DNA from: Candidatus Cloacimonadales bacterium
Lineage (GTDB): Bacteria > Cloacimonadota > Cloacimonadia > Cloacimonadales > JAFGVF01
DNA: 64,000 nucleotides
Reading direction: 5' to 3'
Assembly: GCA_963677495.2 (NCBI GenBank)
Contig: CAXXOU010000001.1
Span: forward strand, 736,001 to 800,000
Part shown: piece by piece, positions 59,811-64,000 of the stretch
How the letters are laid out: every line of letters begins with the position of its first letter
How positions within the stretch are numbered: position 1 is the first letter of the stretch
Translations under genes and position numbers: made by a program
The notes under the pieces: generated by a model
Told to the model about the DNA's origin: nothing
Database searches by the model: none
The model's input: the letters and a program-made list of their open reading frames with translations, nothing else

Positions 59811-62800
59811 ATGAGTGTACTATATAATCAATTAGCAGGCAAATTAGACAGATCAGCATTCTTTCAAGCATACAGCTCAGATTTAGATAAAAAGAAGAGC
59901 GGAATGGGCTACTTCAAAACGAATAATAGTCTTAAGATGCTTTTAGTTGCACACGCTTTTCAGCAAACAAAGAAGAAGATTCTTGTGATTACTCAGGACG
60001 ATAAAGTAGCTGAGGAACATTTGGAAGATTTAGACGTACTTTTAGGTGAAAAGTTTTGCAGTTATATCCCTGATTATGAAGTACTACCATACGAACTCCG
60101 CTCTCCTCATTACTCAATTCGTGCTAAAAGAGTTGAAGCTCTAACCCGTATTCTTTCAGATGAACCGGGTGTTTTTGTTATCTCTATACGTTCTCTATTA
60201 AGACGAATTGTTCCTGCTATAAACTTTAAGAGAAATTTAATACATGTTCAGCAGGGTGTTGAAATAAATCAAGATGCACTCTTGGTTCAATTAGTTGAAA
60301 TGGGTTATGAATCAGAATATCAAGTCAATAAGTTAGGACAGTTTGCTCACCGTGGTGGCATAATAGATATCTTTGCTCCCGGATTTGATTATCCGATTAG
60401 ATTGGATTTTTTCGGTGATGAGGTTGAATCTATTAGGCACTTTGATCCTGTTAACCAGCGTTCGAAAGGTAACCCAATTAAGAAACTTAGTCTAATGCCG
60501 ATGCGTGAGTTTTGTATCGATGATATTGATAAAGAATCACTTCGCTGGCAACAAAATGAATCAGGTTTCTTCTATAATTCAATCGAGAATGATGTCTCTA
60601 TTTTACTAAAAGATACTGAAACTATTCCTGATTATTTTGGGGATAACACAATCTTCTTTTTTGATGAAATCCAATATCTTGAGAGTGAGATTCTTCATAT
60701 TAACGAAGAGCTTCTTGAATACTATCAAAGAGAGATAAAAACAAGCACTTTGTTACTCCCAAAACCGGAAGAGATGTATGCCGGAGAAAAACTGATTGCT
60801 AGGATCAAGAAGAGAGAACACTATCTTCTAAATGCAAACAAACAGCTCTTCCATGAGGATATTGCATCAAGAGCAGTACCATACAAACCACCTGAGGTTA
60901 TGCTAAACGACCTTTCCATGTTTGAACAACTATTAGATGACCACATCGACAGAGGATGGAATATATACATTCAGTCTGATAACAAGAGCCAGAGTAAACG
61001 TATGCAGGAGATGCTCATCAGATTGAGTAGCAAGCTTACTTTTACTTTAGGTGTTCTTCATAAAGGATTCAACTTAGAGGATATCAGACTATCAATCTAT
61101 ACTGACCATGAGATCTTCAACAGATATAAGAAGAAAGGCAGGAAGTTTACTCGTAAGGAAGCCTTAGTTGATTATGAAACCCTTAAACCGGGTGACTATA
61201 TTGTGCATATTGACCATGGCATTGGTATGTTCGAGGGTCTTGAACTATTAAGCTTAGATGGGAATCAAATTGAGTGTTTAGCCTTAAGATATGAAGCAGG
61301 TGATAAGATATATGTACCTACTCACCAACTCCGATTGGTAACAAGATTTGTTGCTGATGAGGGTGTGACTCCTAAGATGAATAAGATTGGTAGTAAACGT
61401 TGGGAGAACACAAAGGCAAGAGTTAAGAAACAGATTGAAGAGATTGCAGAAGACATTCTAAAGCTCTATGCTGAAAGAAAGATGCGTCCGGGACTCAGTA
61501 TTGAAAAAGATACCGTTTGGCAGGAGGAGATGGAGGATGCCTTTATTTATGAGGATACTCCTGACCAAAAGACTGCAACAGCTGAGATAAAAAGCGATTT
61601 AGAAGCACCTTACCCAATGGAACGTCTTCTTTGTGGTGATGTTGGATTTGGTAAGACTGAAGTTGCGATTAGAGCAGCTTTCAAGGTTGTGATGTCAGGT
61701 TATCAGGTTGGTGTTCTCGTGCCTACAACACTTCTTGCGGAACAGCATTATAACGTGTTCAGAGAAAGATTAGCTCAATATCCGGTTCGAATTGCAATGT
61801 TAAGTCGATTTAGAACACCTAAACAGATAAAGGATGACCTTGCAGGATTGGCAACCGGTGAAGTGGATATTATCATTGGAACACACAGAATCCTTTCGAA
61901 GGATGTTCAGTTCAAGCGAGCAGGACTCTTAATTGTAGATGAAGAACATAGATTTGGAGTAAGACAGAAAGATAAAATCCGTAGCTTCAAAGCAAACATA
62001 GATACCCTCTACATGTCTGCCACTCCTATCCCAAGAACCTTGAATATGGCTCTTTCAAAGCTTAAAGAGATCTCTCTCATTCAGACTTCTCCAAAAGAAC
62101 GTCTTCCTGTGAGAACGGTGGTGACTCCTTACAACGACTCTGTTATAAAAGAAGCTATTCAGCGTGAAGTTGATAGAGGTGGACAGGTTTTCTACGTCCA
62201 TAATAGAGTACAGACTATTGACTCAGAAGCTGAAAAACTAAGAAAGCTTCTACCAAACGTATCTTTTGCTATTGGGCATGGACAGATGCCGGAAAGACAA
62301 CTTGAAACATTGATGAATGACTTTGTACAAAATAAGTTCCAGGTGCTCGTATCAACAACTATCATAGAGAATGGTATAGATATTCCTAATGCTAATACAA
62401 TTATCATCAATAGAGCTGATAGATTTGGTCTTGCCCAGTTGTATCAGATGCGTGGTAGAGTTGGTAGAAGCTCAAGAAGAGCTTATGCGTATCTCTTAGT
62501 TCCAAAGGGTATGACCCCAATAGCTCTCAAACGTTTAGAAGCAATTGCAGAGTATGACTATTTAGGTGCCGGATTCCAAGTTGCAATGCGTGACCTTGAG
62601 ATAAGAGGTGCAGGAAACTTGCTTGGTACAAAGCAAAGTGGACTTATTAACACAGTTGGTATTAACTACTACAACAGATTACTCCAACAAGCTGTTGAAC
62701 AATTAGAAGAGGGAAACATTGCCTTTGAGGAGGAAGTAGTACCACTTAAGAAGATCTCTGTGAAGCAAGATGTCTTCTTCCCAACAGACTATATCAAAGA

Positions 62801-63218
62801 TGACACCCTTAGAATCCAGATGTATAAACGACTAAGTGAGTTTACAGTTCCTAACGAGTTTGATGAGTTTAAAGTAGAGCTTGAGGACAGATTTGGTAAG
62901 TTACCTGAACGAGCAAAGAAGACAGTTGATTTCCATAAGCTAAAATTCATGGCTACAGGTGCAGGTTTAGCATCTGTAAAAGTTAGAGATAAAGCTCTTA
63001 TTATGGAGTTTGATGAGAAGATCTTGCCCCCTCAAGCTGCGATTGGTAAGTTTATTACCCAGGTGACATCAAATGTCAGATTCGATACAACTAAAGGTTT
63101 AAAAATCATTATTGATTTGGATAGTAAGGCTAAGAAGGATAATATTCAGCTAAGCTCTGAGTATCTCAGTAAGTTCAAAACAATAATTGAAGAAGTAAAA
63201 GCAAAGAAGAAGAAGTAG
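59811..63218 (+). CDS. mfd: Transcription-repair coupling factor
   Basis: RGGIIDIF, VHIDHGIG, CGDVGFGKTEVA, DEEHRFG, SATPIPRTL, QMRGRVGRS and DLEIRGAGNLLG motifs. Confidence 0.97.
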   Translation: MSVLYNQLAGKLDRSAFFQAYSSDLDKKKSGMGYFKTNNSLKMLLVAHAFQQTKKKILVITQDDKVAEEHLEDLDVLLGEKFCSYIPDYEVLPYELRSPHYSIRAKRVEALTRILSDEPGVFVISIRSLLRRIVPAINFKRNLIHVQQGVEINQDALLVQLVEMGYESEYQVNKLGQFAHRGGIIDIFAPGFDYPIRLDFFGDEVESIRHFDPVNQRSKGNPIKKLSLMPMREFCIDDIDKESLRWQQNESGFFYNSIENDVSILLKDTETIPDYFGDNTIFFFDEIQYLESEILHINEELLEYYQREIKTSTLLLPKPEEMYAGEKLIARIKKREHYLLNANKQLFHEDIASRAVPYKPPEVMLNDLSMFEQLLDDHIDRGWNIYIQSDNKSQSKRMQEMLIRLSSKLTFTLGVLHKGFNLEDIRLSIYTDHEIFNRYKKKGRKFTRKEALVDYETLKPGDYIVHIDHGIGMFEGLELLSLDGNQIECLALRYEAGDKIYVPTHQLRLVTRFVADEGVTPKMNKIGSKRWENTKARVKKQIEEIAEDILKLYAERKMRPGLSIEKDTVWQEEMEDAFIYEDTPDQKTATAEIKSDLEAPYPMERLLCGDVGFGKTEVAIRAAFKVVMSGYQVGVLVPTTLLAEQHYNVFRERLAQYPVRIAMLSRFRTPKQIKDDLAGLATGEVDIIIGTHRILSKDVQFKRAGLLIVDEEHRFGVRQKDKIRSFKANIDTLYMSATPIPRTLNMALSKLKEISLIQTSPKERLPVRTVVTPYNDSVIKEAIQREVDRGGQVFYVHNRVQTIDSEAEKLRKLLPNVSFAIGHGQMPERQLETLMNDFVQNKFQVLVSTTIIENGIDIPNANTIIINRADRFGLAQLYQMRGRVGRSSRRAYAYLLVPKGMTPIALKRLEAIAEYDYLGAGFQVAMRDLEIRGAGNLLGTKQSGLINTVGINYYNRLLQQAVEQLEEGNIAFEEEVVPLKKISVKQDVFFPTDYIKDDTLRIQMYKRLSEFTVPNEFDEFKVELEDRFGKLPERAKKTVDFHKLKFMATGAGLASVKVRDKALIMEFDEKILPPQAAIGKFITQVTSNVRFDTTKGLKIIIDLDSKAKKDNIQLSSEYLSKFKTIIEEVKAKKKK

Positions 63219-63824
63219 TTACTCAATAATCTCTACTATTGTATTAGCCCCGTCTTCAGGTAAACTTTGAACAAGTTTTACTACGTCATGGTTCTTAAGT
63301 CTGATACAGCCTTCAGTTGCTTCAGTTCCAATTGATTCAGGTAGATGCGTACCATGAATACCAATACCTCGCCAGTTTTGCTTACTGATAGTCGTCTCCG
63401 AATTGGTCAGCAATCGAATAAACCATGGACCGTAAGCACCTTTAATTGAGCCTTTCCCATCACCAAAGTCATGTTCCCATTTTGATGAATCTTCAATGCC
63501 AACAATAGGGAAACGACCAATTGGAGTTCGCATATCACCAACAGCTTGTTTATCACCTGAGTTAAGACCGGTTGCAACGTAGTATTCTGCTACCTGTACT
63601 CCATCTTTGTAATGATATAGTTTGAATAGATGTTTAATTACTAATAGGTAATGACCTTTTTCTTCTGAATTAGGACGTTTATTGTCTTTAATCTCATCTG
63701 TGAGAATCTTCTTCTGTGGAAATCTCAGTTCCATATCATGACTCCGTTCAATCCGGTTCCTATTGGTTGCACAAGCTGACAGTAAGACCAAACTTATCAG
63801 CAAAATAATTAATCTATAATTCAT
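63219..63824 (-). CDS. L,D-transpeptidase family lipoprotein
   Basis: Lipobox LSAC; GDMRTP.G; GIHGT..IG..ATEGCIRL catalytic motif. Confidence 0.9.
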   Translation of the reverse strand: MNYRLIILLISLVLLSACATNRNRIERSHDMELRFPQKKILTDEIKDNKRPNSEEKGHYLLVIKHLFKLYHYKDGVQVAEYYVATGLNSGDKQAVGDMRTPIGRFPIVGIEDSSKWEHDFGDGKGSIKGAYGPWFIRLLTNSETTISKQNWRGIGIHGTHLPESIGTEATEGCIRLKNHDVVKLVQSLPEDGANTIVEIIE

Positions 63825-63965
63825 GAATATCCCATTACCTACTGTTATTACCTTGAGCTTTGTATCATAACATATTACGTCAATGAAAATTTACAATTGA
63901 CTTTACATTAGAGTGTTATTTTATGTATATTACACAAAATTTTATAAGATTACAAAGGATATATA

Positions 63966-64000
63966 ATGTTTATTGATCATGCGAGAGTGAAAGTCAAAGC
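63966..64000 (+). CDS. obgE: GTPase ObgE, N-terminal fragment (runs off the window)
   Basis: MFIDHARVKVK after RBS AAGGA matches the Obg N-terminus; only 11 full codons visible. Confidence 0.6.
   Translation, partial: MFIDHARVKVK

Overview
AT-rich bacterial chromosome segment, probably from an anaerobic FCB-group organism. Cloacimonadota is my inference, from many secreted proteins ending in a YPNPFNP...FlgD-Ig/T9SS-type C-terminal domain, plus PorU, butyrate kinase and an abundance of peptidases. Most of the window is housekeeping or envelope genes: a gpx-lipocalin-FakAB-DUF1295 operon, a tagD/TagF-like/GT9/LicD glycan operon, fadD, a five-ORF uncharacterised membrane operon (DUF6754-like, probably with a frameshift), buk, comEC, porU, a radical SAM gene, msrC, an M6 protease, mfd, an L,D-transpeptidase and the start of obgE. 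The notable part is an accessory island at about 38.7-49.6 kb. (1) An amino-methyltransferase converges on a translationally coupled three-gene operon: SMC/Rad50-like ABC-ATPase, a ~218-aa middle protein, and a PD-(D/E)xK-like nuclease. This is a candidate methylation-linked, Lamassu/ABC-three-component-like defence system. (2) This cassette is bracketed by a perfect 23-bp inverted repeat containing TATAAT. (3) Each repeat copy heads an outward-facing paralogue of an unknown ~150-aa gene with an identical RBS, and each gene lies between direct copies of a repeat array (heptamer arrays in one case, palindromic REP arrays in the other). (4) A RAYT-like HUH transposase is embedded in the REP arrays. 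The window also has a three-copy ~108-bp REPIN/MITE-like element, a DnaA-box cluster at ~30.2 kb, and intergenic 11-bp-period repeats, two of them next to paired DnaA boxes. All family assignments come from motif recognition by eye; no database search was run.
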